Of a stretch of 64,000 nt of DNA, positions 1 through 14,599 are shown piece by piece; the first letter of the stretch is position 1, and each line of letters opens with the position of its first letter. The translations under genes were made by a program, and so were the position numbers. Origin of the DNA: Felis catus (lineage: Eukaryota); contig NC_058368.1 in assembly GCF_018350175.1 (NCBI RefSeq), positions 21,764,001-21,828,000 on the forward strand, given 5' to 3'. Below the pieces are notes generated by a model. The model had not been told where the DNA came from. It made no database searches and was given only the letters and a program-made list of their open reading frames with translations.

Positions 1-101
1 CTCCATGCTCAGTGCAGAGCCCTACTCAGGGCTTGATCTCACAACCCTGGGGATCAGAAATCGAGCTGGATGCTTAACCACCTGAGCCATCCAGGTGCCC
101 C
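1..101 (-). mobile_element. CanSINE (SINEC) 5' part, cut by the window edge
   Basis: Reverse complement of the GGGGCACCTGGATGGCTCAG head. Confidence 0.85.
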
Positions 102-838
102 TGGTGGCATTATTTTAAAAGCAACAGAATGTCTTTAATTTGCATACCTTAGTAAGAAACATCCCTGGATTTCACATGAGATAAGATCTATGGTTACATT
201 ATAATCTCTTTGACTTTGAAAGAGTCAATAAACCTGAGTCTTTTGTTTTTTGTTATTTGCAAAATCAGATGGCTGTGGGTCATGGTTTATGTTCTGTGCT
301 CTTCATTTGGGGACCTTTTTCAAGGGCTTTGCAAATAATTTCCTAAGGTTAAAATGCCAACTTAATTCTTTTATCTGTTTATTTTAATAGCCTAAACAAG
401 TAATTATATTGCTAAACATGTATGAAAACCACTGGTATAGACAGGTGATCTTTTTGGGCTCTTCTAGACTTGAAGCAGCTTGGTATATGGTCTTGTTCTG
501 TATATAAAGTGTTTCCTTGTGATTATTAGGTACTCAGTTTGCGGGGCAGAGAGAACAACTTTTCTACTTGTTTTTAAATTCATTTATCTGATATATAAAT
601 GCATAAGTTGGGGTAGAAGTTGTCTCACACTTCCATGCCTCATTTTTGTAAAGAGTGATTGATCTGAGGTAGGCATTGAGAGAGTGCTCTGCTGCTTAGT
701 AGATTTATCAAGTAAGCAGATACTTTTGCCACCAAGCTAAAACATAGTTTAATTACTTTTTACGTTACCACCTCTGAGTTATGTATTTTAAGCATTCAAA
801 AAAATAACTGAATTGTAATTCTTTTTTACTTCCTGTAG

Positions 839-979
<141 letters not shown>

Positions 980-1905
980 TAAAAATTTTTCCTAACTTGT
1001 TTAAAATTGTGTTTGCTATAACCTGTTAACTTGAACAACCAGGGTTCAGTTCGGTCCATATGTACATATCTTCCATATTTCTCCTCTGTTTTACTGAACC
1101 TGATTTTGTTGGTTTCCAAATCTTTGTCTCACCCAGATTCTTCACAGTTTCAGACTCCTAGAACCCAGTTGTCCTTGAGCCCTTAGACGTCTCCTCTGAG
1201 AACTCCTTTAAAGCATTCTATTGCCATTTTAACCAGACAAAAAGTGTATCGTCTTCTTCCACAAATCTGCTCCTCTGTATATATCTCCTTTCAGTAGACC
1301 ACATGGTCCAAGCTTCAAACCTTGATTCCTCCTTTCTTTTCCCCTCCATTACAAAGTTCTGTTAATTCTTATTATGTAGCTTATGAATCTGTCTACTCCT
1401 TAAGTATCCTGAGCCACTGATTTAGTTCAAGACTCATTTTTTTTTCTGTCCAAATAATTAGAACAGCATCCTAACTGCATTTTTTTTCCTCTCTCATTTC
1501 TCCTCACTTTAGTTAGGTGTGGGTGGCTGATAGATGTTTATTCCACTTCTACCAAAGTGACTTTCTGGATGGAAATGTGTGCCCATTCCAGGCCTTTATT
1601 AAAATATTTCTGTGCTACTCATTTAGTAATAGATTAGAAATAGCTGCTGTTAAAAGGAACCTTTACCTGTTAATTTTTCTTTTTTTTTAATTTTTTGAAA
1701 AATTTTTTTGATAGTTTTTCACACATTTTTCTGTAGTTCCATAGTTCTGTAGTTCCATTTTTTATGACTATTGTTTAAAATTCAAAATTGCCTCTCAGTT
1801 CTACATAGTACTTTGCCTAAGAATACAGTAAGTGCTAATCATTCACCCCTTGCATTTTTACGTTTTCTCAGGATTATGAAAACTATAGAGTCAGTTTCCT
1901 CATAA

Positions 1906-2118
<213 letters not shown>

Positions 2119-2489
2119 TAAACTGTCCCCTTGTTTTCTGTTGCTGTTTGTTTGATCATAATTTTCTTCACAAGCACTGTAGTTATGATGAGAATTATTT
2201 CAGATCACCTCTGCAGTTATTTTGTTACAAGTGTTATTTTGTTAGAACCAGTGTTTTTATTTAAATAAATTGGGCAGTAGCAAGGATTGGTAAATTAGTA
2301 GCCATGAAGTGAGAATCCATACAAAATCTCTCGCTGGATGGCTGGTATCTTTTATAAACAGATCATAATTTAATCTCCCTATGAAATTAGATTGGACCAA
2401 AAGATGCAGTGCCTAAATTGAAGGATCAAAAAAGTCTTTTTTAAAATTTCAACTTTAGATACAAACTTATTATTAATTGTTAAATATGC

Positions 2490-2960
2490 TTAAGTACTTC
2501 AGTCTCTTTGTATCTGCCTTATTTCACATTGCATACAATTTTTAAGGTTCATCCATGTTGGAGCATGTGTCAGAACTTCATTTCTTTTTATAGCTGAATA
2601 AATATTCCATAGTACATATATACCACATTTTGTTTATCCAGTCATTTGTTGGTGGACACTTGGAGTTTTTCTACTGGTGGCTGTTGTGAATAATGTTGCA
2701 GTGAACATCAGCATGCAGATGTCTATTTGAGTCCCAGCTTTCAGTTCCTTTGGGCATATATCTAGGAGTAGAACTGCCCAGTCATATGGTAATTCTGTGT
2801 TTAGCTGTTTGAGGAGCTGCCAAATTGTTTTCCATAGTGGCTGTACCACTTTACGTTCCCACAAGCACTGTATGAGGGTTCCAGTTCCTTTTTTAAAATT
2901 ATTATAGCCACTCTAGTAGGTGTGAAATGATGTCTCATGGATTTGATTCGCATTTAGTTT
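2490..2960 (-). mobile_element. Old L1 (L1M-type) ORF2 end/3' fragment
   Basis: Minus-strand translation VQPLWKTIWQLLKQLNTELPYD resembles the L1 ORF2 C-terminus. Confidence 0.85.
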
Positions 2961-3952
2961 AATGTAGTTTTATCTGCCTGAAATGCCACCATTCCCCAAA
3001 CCAGCAGAACTGACCATTTCTTCTGTGTCATAGCTGTATTTATATAGTTGCTCAACTATAATTTGACAGTTGGATTGTTACAGAAAAGTATGTTGTCGAA
3101 AAAGTGCATTTTAGGAATGCATTTGCTCCAATGAAGGGAAAGAAACCAGAGTCTTTTAGCCTCTGGGCCAGTTATTTTTACTGTAGAAATTTCAATAATT
3201 TGGGATTTTTATAGCTAAATGTATTCCGTAATTGGAAACAGAGCTGAGAAGTGAGGAAGCCGGACAGAAGTGGGTGTAGAGAAGTTCTGGCATGTGATCA
3301 ATATGCTCTGAGTGAAGGTATCATGGGGGACAAAGGGTTCACATAGATGTTTACTCAGCCTCAGCAGCCATTTAGTCTCCTTAGAAGTTTTTCACCTTGA
3401 GCATTTGTGTTACTTGGACTTGGGATCATCATGGGACCCTCAAGGTAGAATCAAACTTGGGTTTATTCCCTCAGCATATTAGTTAAAAATGTTTCAAACC
3501 TACAAGAAATTTGTAAGAATGGTAGAGTGAACACTGACTTACCAGTTGTTAACCTCTTCCCACAATTGGGCAAAATAAATTTACAGTTAACTTTTTTCAC
3601 TGTAAAAGAGGAAGAAGAGACAGCACTTGACACTAAAATTACAGCAGACCTGCGTGTTTGTGACTTGTAAATCCTTAAAGGTTACAGCAAAATTTGTTAT
3701 ATAGACCCATCCCAGACTAATTGGACACTTAATTTCTAAATATATCTTGCAAGTAAATATTTTTACAGGAAAGCAATTCTCCTTTCTTAGAAGTAGTTTT
3801 AACAAACTTTTAGGAAATTGAGTCTCTTATTTATTTATTTATATCATTATCTTTTAGAGGGAGCTTAAGCACCAAAAAATTAAGCTGCATGAGTAAAGAT
3901 TTTTTTGTCTCTTTTGTTCACTGCCATATTACCATTGTCTACAATAGTGCCT

Positions 3953-4128
3953 AGGGACATCTGGGTGGCTTGATTAAGGATCTGACTCTTGATTTTGGCT
4001 CAAGTTATGATCTCACAGTTTGTATGATCAAGCCCCGTGTTGGGCTGTGTGCTGACAGCACGGAGCCTGCTTGGGATTCTCACTCTCTCTCAAAATAAAT
4101 AAATAAACATTAAAAAATAAATAAAATA
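3953..4128 (+). mobile_element. CanSINE
   Basis: tRNA-derived head, CT tract, A-rich tail. Confidence 0.85.
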
Positions 4129-4392
4129 AAGTAGTTCCTGGGTGATGTAAGCATATATTTTATTGGGTGGATCAGTGCAAGGTTAGTGGGCCCACATGTG
4201 ATGGATGGAAGTTTCCTTATAACGTGTTTAAAATGAGACATTCTGTGTCATCTCATTGCTTTTTAGATGCATTTCCCTAATGCAACTCAAGTGATTTTGT
4301 TATAGTTTATGTAAACTACATAAAAATAAAAATATAAATGCATTAAAATTAATCTTTCAAACAAAGGTACCCTGTATTTTGTTCAATTATAG

Positions 4393-4497
4393 GAAGCAGT
4401 GTGGTTCCTTTCCAACATAACAGCAGGCAACCAGCAACAAGTTCAAGCTGTAATAGACGCCGGGTTAATTCCTATGATTATTCATCAGCTTGCTAAG
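4393..4497 (+). CDS. KPNA3: KPNA3 coding exon (probably exon 13)
   Basis: tag acceptor and gtcagt donor; 105 nt; [35 protein letters not shown]. Confidence 0.96.
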
Positions 4498-4593
4498 GTC
4501 AGTCATATTGTGAGTTTATCGTGTACATTAACATATTATAACCAAGATTTTTTAATAAAGAATTCATACAATCATTTCTTTGTTAACCTTCAG

Positions 4594-4665
4594 GGAGACT
4601 TTGGAACACAAAAAGAAGCTGCCTGGGCAATTAGCAACTTAACGATAAGTGGCAGAAAAGATCAG
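4594..4665 (+). CDS. KPNA3: KPNA3 coding exon (probably exon 14)
   Basis: cttcag acceptor and gtaagt donor; 72 nt; [24 protein letters not shown]. Confidence 0.97.
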
Positions 4666-4816
4666 GTAAGTTTGGAAAAACTGTTAGGATTGTTAATATC
4701 GGAAAGTGCACTACTCTTTTATGTGTAGGAGCTGCTGGTTGTTCATAAGCCCTGTAGTGTGTTCTTTTTGGGTAAAAGATAATTATATAAATAAACATTT
4801 TTCTCTTGTTGCCTAG

Positions 4817-5005
<189 letters not shown>

Positions 5006-6806
5006 TGAGCAGTGGAATGCTGAAAGATCAGTTCCTTTCAAGGCAACTAAGTAGAAAGAAAACTGTCAGGAAACACTGCTCCGTCATCAAAGTATGCTGC
5101 TGTCCTGTATTCACCAGTTAGCATTACGTGAGGGTTTTCCAGCAGGCATCAGTCCGTACTTGGGGAAAACTGGTTGTGAAGGTCATCCTGTGACCTTCCT
5201 AGAGGGTCACATTGCTTTTTGGGTGACATGAACACTCCTCTTGAAGTCACAGTGTGCGAGAGCAAAAGCTTGGGAACTGCTATGATAGAGAAAGTTATAA
5301 GCTTTATTTAATCCAGAATTTCTTAGAATCCTTGACAGTGAAACACTTTCTTCACATTATACCTGATGCGTGATTCTATAGACCTTACTTTGTGAAATAC
5401 TATTCCATGTTGTTGGAAAGGTTAATGATTTTGGAGTCATCTAGGTATTTTATTTCAGTCTTGTGATTGCTAGAGCTGTCTGCTGAAGTTATTACCACAG
5501 AAGTTACTTTGAAATTTTAATAAAAAAACTTATTTGAAATATTAGATATTTCTCTGATAATGATATATGAGGCATATTTTAAGGATACCTGTTCAATATG
5601 TACTAAGTTGCCCAAACCTTAATTTATTCTATTGTCATGTTTTATTTTGTACATTTTATTGACTATTATGTACAGTTATATTACCCCTTTCATTTTTTTT
5701 TTTTTAAGAGAAAGTAAATGTAGTCACATCATAAAATATTCAGACTGGAAGTATCTTCTTAATAACAAGAAGAAATTATCCTAGAGATGTTAAGTTTTGT
5801 CTATGGCCATGGAAGTAGATCTTCATACTCTTAATTCACTGCTCATTCTGGTTTTAAGATATTTTGAGATAATTTGAAATTAGCATTGTAGTCTAATTCA
5901 GAACTTACCCCAGAAAGTTTGAGCTGCAGAATTGTTACTCTTCAGCTTTAATCAATATAGTTGCTTCGGTCTCTGGGAAGTATACTCACAATTAGGACAC
6001 ACGTTTACTTAGTATTTTATAATTTTGTAAAGAACTTTACATCCATTATCTGTGACACTTATATTCCCATTTTTCTGGTTTTTTATATTGCTGTTAAAAA
6101 GAAAAAAATGCAACTATTTCAAAATAACCTAGCTAAAAAGATATTTCAAGGAAGAATATTGTTAAGGATTTAAATTTATAGACTTGTGCATCTGATGCAT
6201 GGAGTAAATATATTGGGAATGTAAATGAAGACATTCTACAGTTCTGAAAACTTATTTTTCAATTTCATTGTGGCTATAGGATATAAGCACCCTCTTTGTT
6301 TTTTTCTTCAAAGAAATTATTTCAAAATTTAAAGCTTTGTCTTCTGTTTATATCAGTTAATCATGAAGTTTCTGAAAACATGTTTTTGTTGTTATATAAA
6401 AGTAATAGCATTTTGAAAACAAAAGGAAAGATAAAAATTACTATATGAGATAGTATGATTCCACTAAAGCAGCCTGGGGAGATCTGAGTTCAAGTTCTGT
6501 CACTAACTTGCCACTCAACCTAAAATAAACCCCTTTACATCTCTATATGATAGCTTCCTCATCTGTCAGATGGAGTATTTAGGTGTTTTTTAAACTGTCT
6601 GCCTCAGATACCAGATAACCCTTGGGGTCAAGGGTTTCTAGAGAGGAAGAAATTAGTGGGATGCTGGTCCTCCAATCAGAGCAGCTCAGAGTTTTATCTG
6701 TGTTTTAGACAAACTGTCATTTTCGGGGTGTGGTGGGAGGGTGTTGTGAGTTCTTTAGGATTTTCCATGACTAAAATGAACACAGTTTTTATTCATGTCC
6801 ACTTGA

Positions 6807-6938
<132 letters not shown>

Positions 6939-7044
6939 TAAAGTATGGTATGCCTACATGTACATTAAAACCTACACGTACTGTTAAGTTCACTGAGAAT
7001 TTTTTTATCATTAATATGACAAGTATATACTGTATTTGGTTGTT

Positions 7045-7742
7045 TTTTTTTGTTGTTTATTTTTGAGAGAGAGAGAATGTGAGCACATGCGCAAGCTGAG
7101 GAGGGGCAGAGAGAGGCAGAGAGAGAGTGGGACACAGAGAATCCCAAGCAGGCTCTGCACCATCCGATGCGCAGAGCCCAGTGCAGGGCTTGAACTGATG
7201 AACCGTGAGATCATGACCTGAGCTGAAATCACGAGTTGGTTGCTCAACTGACCGAGCCACCCAGACACCCCTCTATTTCTATCAGATACTTTTGAGGTGG
7301 CATTTTCCACTTATTTTTAATAATCTAAATTTTAAAAAATTAATGATTGTTTTCCATCAATCAGTTTCTTTTATTTTTTTCTTTTATTTTTTTTTTTTTA
7401 AGTTTTTTTATTTTGAGAGAGCAGGGGAGGGGGAGAGAGAGAGAATCCCAACGGACCTTAGTCTCACAAATTTGTGAGACCATGACCTGAACCAAAATCG
7501 AGAGTTGGATGCTTAACCTACTGAGCCACCCAGGCACCCCTCAATCAGTTTTTTTAAATACTATGTTTGAAACTTCATTATAAGGTAAAAAATGTATAAA
7601 CAGTTCTCTGAGGGGCACCTGGCTGGCTTAGTCGGTGTAAAGCATGTGACTCTTGATCTTGGGCTTAGGAGTTTGAGCCCCACATTGGGCATAGAGATTA
7701 CTTCAAAATAAATAAATAAATAAACAAACAAACAAACAAAAA
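7045..7742. mobile_element. Cluster of three CanSINEs (~7045-7271 minus, ~7390-7540 minus, ~7611-7742 plus)
   Basis: SINEC heads and tails in the last KPNA3 intron. Confidence 0.85.
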
Positions 7743-7789
7743 CCCACTTTTTGTTGTATTTGTAATCTGTTAAATGGGAAAAAATAGTA

Positions 7790-8123
7790 CAGTTGACTCT
7801 TGAACAAGGGTTTGAACCACAGGGGTCCACTTATATGCAGATTTTTTTCAATACAGTATAGTACTATAAATGTATTTTCTCTTCCTTATGATTTTCTTAG
7901 TAACATTTTCATTTCTCTAGCCTACTTCATTGTAATAATAAGTATATAATACGTATGACATACAAAATATGTGCTAATCAACTGTTTATGTAATTGGTAA
8001 GGCTTCCAGTCAATGGTAAGTTATTAGTAAAGTTTTTGGGAGTCAGAAGTTGTACTCAGATTTTTGACTCTGCAGGGGGTGGGGGATTGGTGCCCCTAGC
8101 TCGTGTTGTTCAAGGGTCAACTG
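7790..8123. mobile_element. Tigger2-type MITE (TcMar DNA transposon)
   Basis: TIRs CAGTTGACTCTTGAACAA ... TTGTTCAAGGGTCAACTG, TA at the left flank. Confidence 0.85.
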
Positions 8124-8148
8124 CAGTTACAGAAATGATGTGTGTTCA

Positions 8149-8350
8149 AGGGCACCTGGGTGGCTCAGTCAGTTGGGCGGCCAACTCTTGAGTTTGGCTC
8201 AGGTCATGATCTCATGGTTCGTGAGTTCAAGCCCCGCATCAAGCTCTGTGCTGACAGTGCGGAGCCTGCTTGGGATTCTTTCTCTTCCCTCTCTGCCCCT
8301 CCCCAGCTCATCCACACACGTGATCTCTCTCTCAAAATAAACATCACAAA
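8149..8350 (+). mobile_element. CanSINE
   Basis: GGGCACCTGGGTGGCTCAGTC head, CT tract, A tail. Confidence 0.9.
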
Positions 8351-8655
8351 ACGAAAGAAAGTACATGTGTTCAAATAGGTAAAATAAATCTACAGATACA
8401 GAAACTTAAGAATGGGGCAGGGACAGGGGAGGGGGTTAAAAAAAAAAAAAAGAATTAAAACAATTTTGAAATGTGTGTTCAGTTTAATTAAATTGTTAAG
8501 TTTCTTAATGTTACTGATTTAAATATTTTAATTTATCGATTAAAACATCATATAGAATGATTACAACATCCGTACAGAATTCTCTCGTAAGTTCTGCTTA
8601 TACCATAACATGTAGTATCTTAACAAAGGCCTTTTTTTTGTTTTGCTTTTTATAG

Positions 8656-8754
<99 letters not shown>

Positions 8755-11230
8755 GTTCAGTTGAGTGCAGCATCTTCCCCAATTCAATACGAAGCACCAC
8801 CAGATGGCTACCAAATGACAAGAAGAAGAACAACAACAAAAGGCTCCAAAACACACATGCCTCTTCGTTTTGATGCTTCTAAAAGCAAGCCATGTCTCAG
8901 TCACTTTGCAGTTGCCAAAAGTTACTATCACATGGACTGTAAATGCATATGCATGATTTCCTAAACTGTTTTAGAATTCTCCTTAACAATCTCGACTACC
9001 CTATTTTTCCCTGTTCCCTGGTGCCACACGCTGACAACTGCAGTTCCAGTTTAGAATATTCCATAGTGGTGGCATGTCAGCTGCCCACTTGATACTCCTT
9101 TGGAAAATGGTGCGCTGTGGATCAAGACACTTCGGTATGATGCGTATACACGTTGGAAGACTTTAAAGAGGTGCAGTCTGATCTGAGCCTCCATCATTGT
9201 CCTCCACAAACATATTTTCATATTCTTTATGTGGAAGAATAGATTTTAAAGTACAAGCCAAATGATTTTCATTGGTGGAACTGACACACAAAAAAAGGAA
9301 CTTAAAAAAAGAAACTTGGTTATTGATTAAACAGTTAAGTTTTAAAAAACTGTGCTTCATCTACCAGTAATTGATGTGTTTATTATCTGCCTCAGAAGCC
9401 AGGGTTGGAGGAAGAACTTTAGCTATGGATGGTAATGCTTTCGCCATTATACCTAATTTTTGAGAACAGCAAGCCCTATTTGACCACTCACTTCAGCCTG
9501 TGTGTTCCTGCTGTTTTGAAGTAATCAAATGCTGTGCATGGTATTTTACCTGAGCTGCAACCTGTTACGGACTTGAACTTCTGTTTAAGTTGAAAGCAAG
9601 AGTCCCTGACTACAAAGAAAAAACAAATAAAAAACAACAACAAAAAGCAAAGGTCTAACGTACCGATTGGTGATGTTTAAAAAAAAAAAAAAAAATCTTG
9701 CTTTCAGCTTTCAGGAGTTAATATTTTTTGTTTTAAATTGATAATTGGATATGGTTGATTTATATTGGGTTTAAACTGTGGAGCCTTCATGTTTACTGTA
9801 ATTTAGTCTTAAAATATTTTTTACTTAGTAACCAGTGCTTTTGATAATGTGGTTGGCAACAAACCAGCAACTATTTAGAAGTGTTATACAACTTCATTCT
9901 TTGAGTATTGGGAAAGTTAATTCAGATCCTACTCTAAAAGCATATTCACATATTAAAAGATTCAGTCAAGGATCTGTGTAGAGGAATAATCTGCAGTTAT
10001 TTGGCATAAACCTGATTTGCAGTGATCTTGAAGCAAAATCTGGTATTACTATGTAAAATCATTGCTTTTGGTAGATTGTCATCTGACCCAGTTATTAATG
10101 AAAGAATATGGATTTGAACATGTTTAAACTGAATGATTTGTGCTGTCACAGAAATGGTTTTGTTGCTATTGTTTACTGGGTATAATTTCCCAATGCGTTG
10201 ATGTGAAGGGATAGAAAATCTAAACTAACGTAGTTATCCGATGGGGGTGTATTTACTGTGATGAAGATGAGACCGATGCCATCAGAGCTTTGTGAATCAG
10301 CTGGGGTGTTTTCACTGATAAACAACACATAGCAGGTGTGCATTCATTACAAATACATGTATCTGCCAAGGTGGAGCCACTTTAAAGAGTGAGTTTTGTC
10401 TTGTATCCAAAATGGATACAAGCGTATGTTTAAACTGCAAGATTTTTACTTGCTAGAGAATCTGTTTTAATATAGTGGTTTGGCCTCTGATTATTTATAG
10501 GTTTTATAAATTTTAGAATCAATTTCTCTTTAAGGTGGCTCAGATTTTTCAACTCTTGTGCACATAAAATTGAGTTGAAGTTCATTGTGCCTTTTTTTCT
10601 TTATCCAAATTTTGAGTTAAAGCTTCATATGGTAACTGCATCCTGTTCAGACACTGTAGTCTAAATTTTTGAAACTGTGTGGTGTTCACTAAAAGTAGGA
10701 ATAACAAAGTCAAAGCCAATTAAGGTCACAAACTTCGGTGAAACCCTTAAAGTCCAAATCTTCTTGATATTGTGAATTGTACCCCTCCTGGTTTAGTTTC
10801 TTCTGGACTCTCCATCCTACTTACTGACAGTTACCTTTTAAATTTTGCACACATTGAGATTAAATCAGGCCTCTACTGTGCCGATTCCGATTCCTCTTGT
10901 GTTTTAAGTGCAAACTAACATAAGTGAACATTAGCATCAAGTAGTGCAGACATATGTATGCATTTGCTTGATTCAATTTGTTGTGACCTTATCAGTTTGG
11001 AATTGGAATTGCACCATTTCTTAGACAAAGGAAACTAAGTATATTGCTGCACTTTTAAGTTTTCAGAACAGTGTTGAAAATCGCATTGTTTTTATTTTTT
11101 TTAAACTCAGTTAAAAAAGACTAAAACGTTCTTTCAAAAGAGGCATCTAAATGTGTTCCTAATTTTGTATATGGGCTTAGGTTTTGTAACCAATAAAAAA
11201 AAGCTGCTATCAAATCCGATAAAACATTGA
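8755..11230 (+). other. KPNA3: KPNA3 3'UTR (long, AU-rich, no obvious interspersed repeats)
   Basis: Follows the TAA stop and ends after AATAAA at 11192; the 3' end is inferred. Confidence 0.8.
11192..11197 (+). terminator. KPNA3 polyadenylation signal AATAAA
   Basis: AATAAA with upstream TGTA motifs and a downstream T/GT-rich tract (~11260-11280). Confidence 0.75.
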
Positions 11231-11449
11231 AGAACTTATTTCTAAAAGTTTCTTAATTTCCTAGTTTTGTTTTCTGCGTGGTTAAATTTAAATTTGGAAC
11301 TATTTTTCAAACATCAACCACAGTGGAGGCAAATCATGAATTACTCTTTCGTTGTATTTTAATATCTCTCTTCCACTCTAACAAACTAGGACAATAGCAG
11401 TGCTCGATTTAAGAGTATTTTATGACAAATAAGAAATACCTAAATCTTT

Positions 11450-11700
11450 ATTAATTTCCAGAGCTTCCACACGGTACAGCAGAACAGGTGGCTTAAAACA
11501 ACAGAAACCTATGGTTGCACGGTTTCGGAGGCCGGAAGTCGGAAATCAAGCTGCCGGGTGCGACGCGCTGTGTCTGTGGGCTCTTGGGAGGCCCCTCTTT
11601 GTCTCTTCCCGGCTTCTGGTGTCCCCGGCAGTGCTTGGCGTCCCTCGAGCCTCCGCTTTCATCATCGTCCTGTGGCATTCTCTGCGCATACCTCAGGTTC
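11450..11700. mobile_element. MLT1-like (ERVL-MaLR) LTR fragment
   Basis: GGTGGCTTAAAACAACAGAAA...GGAGGCCGGAAGTC motif. Confidence 0.65.
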
Positions 11701-12511
11701 AAATACCATGACTTAGAAAGGCCTGGTGAGAAAATGGTGTGCTTGTGACTCTCATGAAACCACAACGACAAAATCACACTTTATGGCCTGTCTAATCCTT
11801 GAAAACAAGTAACTGTGGAAGATAGTAATTGAAGTAAACTGGAAAATTTTAACCTGTGAGATCAAGGTGGTGGCTCTAAGTGAAATCTTGGATTAATTAA
11901 AAGAACAAAGAGCAACCGAACTTTTGAGTATACAAATATTTTTACTTTAGTATAATGCCACTTCAAATTATTTTTGAAAGAAGTCAGTGTACAAGTAAAT
12001 AAATGTGATAGTACTTCTATGTAACCGTGCCAAGATTTCCTTCAGAACAGTTGTCCTTTTTCCGGGATTCATTATTTAATTATTGCAAGTGAAAATTCAT
12101 GAATGTCAGTTGTCTTACAGTGATGGTTCTGAATTTTTGTTGACTCTAGTTGTACTGGGGATCTTAATCTATTCGGAGAAAGGAAATATAATTTCTGTAC
12201 ATTAGGCTGTAAGTCTTAAGGTCTATAACCCAGCGAGTGCTCTGTGTAACCCACCACTCGTATGTCTAGAGGAACTCTTTGTATAAATTTTGTACTTCGT
12301 TACATAGCTAAAAATCAGTGGTAGAATGATTCTCAAAAACGTCTATATCGCAATAGGGGTGTATGTGTTTATCTACCTAGATGTATAGATGGCGCTCAGT
12401 ACTATACTGAAAGGAAGTGTTTGGGAAAAGGGACGTGAGAATGTAGCCTGTTCACCTCCTTAGCCTCCTTATTTGCCCGTGAAACCCCTCACTCACTCAC
12501 TTTGACCTAAA

Positions 12512-12724
12512 TTAGGGTTTCTCAGACCCTGCAGTATTGACATCGTAGGTTGGCTAATGCTCTATTGGAGGCTGTCCTGTGCGTTACAGGATGTTGACTA
12601 GCATGTTTAGGCTCTACCCACTAAGTACCTCTATACTACCCAGTCATGACAACCAAAAGTGCCTCCAGGAATGGCCGCATGTTCCCTGGGGGCCAAATTT
12701 GCCCAGGTGCAAACCACTGCTCTA
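12512..12724. mobile_element. MER20-like hAT-Charlie MITE
   Basis: GTTTCTCA...GACAACCAAAA...AACCACTG pattern. Confidence 0.7.
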
Positions 12725-13947
12725 AATTAATTTCTGTAGAAAACTTCCCCACTCAAGGGAGACAGCCTAAAGCATGCCTTTTTGTTGTATAAACAGTCCT
12801 AGACTTTGCTCAGGTGTGTCAGATGGGGAGACAAATACATGCCTTTTCTTCATTCTCCATTTTAGGAGAGATCAGAGTCAGCACTGTCACCCATCTGTAG
12901 GAACTCCTGGTAATACTAAGCCCCATCTGTTGCAAAGGACTTAGGAGAGAAATGGGAAGATGGAGGAACTACTAACCTTGAATTTATCCTGTGGCTAAAA
13001 AAACAAGGTGTGTGAAATAAGCAAATGTGTTGATTGCCCACAGTTTTCTCAACACTGCTCTGTAGCAGTGTTTTTCAGACATTTTTAGTTGAGATAGTTA
13101 AGTCCTCTAGGAAAGCTGAGGTTGGACCAGAAAATTACAGCATACATAATTCTGAAAAGCATTTCTTTGAAGCATTGTGAGAGACTGGCCCCATCAGGAA
13201 GCTTACAAGTTTATTAAAAATGATCAAAGCAGCGGAACTATCATTGAGTCATGCTACGAAGGATGTATTCCCTGCAGGGAACTTCTACAACATCCCTCTT
13301 CCATACCCTAACAAAACTGCTATCTACCTTCTCGAGTAAGTCTCTTTTTTCAAACTCTGGTGCCCAAATAAATGTGGCCTTCTGCCAGGTAATGTGTGAT
13401 TGCACAAGACAAACAAGGCGTATCTTCACGGGACAGCAGTTTTACTTGATGATAAGTAGAGCAGTTTTATGGTAATACAAGCCTAAGCATTACAGAGTAA
13501 AGGACACATTTTGCATAACGTTTTAAAGATGAAACCAGACTTTTGAGGCAGGCCATTTTATGGAAACATTCCGTCAAGAGCAGGAATCGGAGAGTTGGAG
13601 AAGCAACGATGAAACACTAAGTGAGCCTGTTCTACCCTGTCGAGTAGCATTACTTGTTACCAGCTCTTTTCTTAATACTGAGCCAAAGGCGCCTCTCATA
13701 AATGACCATCTTTATAAATAAACTTTCTGTTATTCCTAGTTAGCAGAAGAGGCAGCTCTGCTCTCAACAGTTGCCTTCCTCAACCTGAACACCCCATGCA
13801 TTTCAAGCAACAGCTTACAGAGCCACGCTGGGAACTGGTTCCTGTCACATGGTGCATCCCAAAGACCCCAGTAATACAGTGTGATGTGACTAGTTTGTGG
13901 GTACAGTGGAATAGGAACATTCCATTATCTGGACACTTTATTCTAAA

Positions 13948-14139
13948 TTTTTTTGAGTTTATTTATTTTGAGAGAGAGCACAAGTAGAAGAGCAGAGAGA
14001 AAGAGAGACAGAATCCCAAGCAGGGTCCGCACCATTAACACAGAGCTGAGGCGGGGCTTGAACTCACAAACCGCAAGATCATGACCTGAGCTGAACTCAA
14101 GAGTCTGACGCTCAACTGACAGAGACACCCAGGTGCCCC
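13948..14139 (-). mobile_element. CanSINE
   Basis: Reverse-complement SINEC with a TSD-like TGGA(C/T)ACTT flank. Confidence 0.9.
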
Positions 14140-14304
14140 TGGATACTTAATTCTATTATTGTGGAGATATTCTCTATTTTGCCAGCTTCATCATAATTAG
14201 ACATCATCAAGTAACAGCCTCAGCTCCCCTTGTCATCAGCTCTCTTTGACTCAGTAGCTTGGCATTTATACTTCCAAACCTAAATATAAGAATTTGTAAG
14301 TGCT

Positions 14305-14503
14305 GGGGCACCTGGGTGGTTCATTCAGTTAAGTGTCCAACTCTTGATTTCAACTCAGGTCATGATCTCACAGTTGTGAGATCAAGCCCCACGTTGGGCT
14401 CTGCACTGACAGCACAGAGCCTGCTTAGGTTTCTCTCTCTCCCCCGTGCACCCCCACCTGCTCATGCTCTTTCTCTCTCTCAAAATAAGTAAACTTTAAA
14501 AAA
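14305..14503 (+). mobile_element. CanSINE
   Basis: SINEC head, CT tract, A tail. Confidence 0.9.
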
Positions 14504-14599
14504 ATGTGTGCCATATTTCCAATTTCAGCCCAGTTTTTCCTCATCAGACTGTATTTATATGTGTCCTTTCAATGTCTTCAGGCATATAGGAAGCACCAT

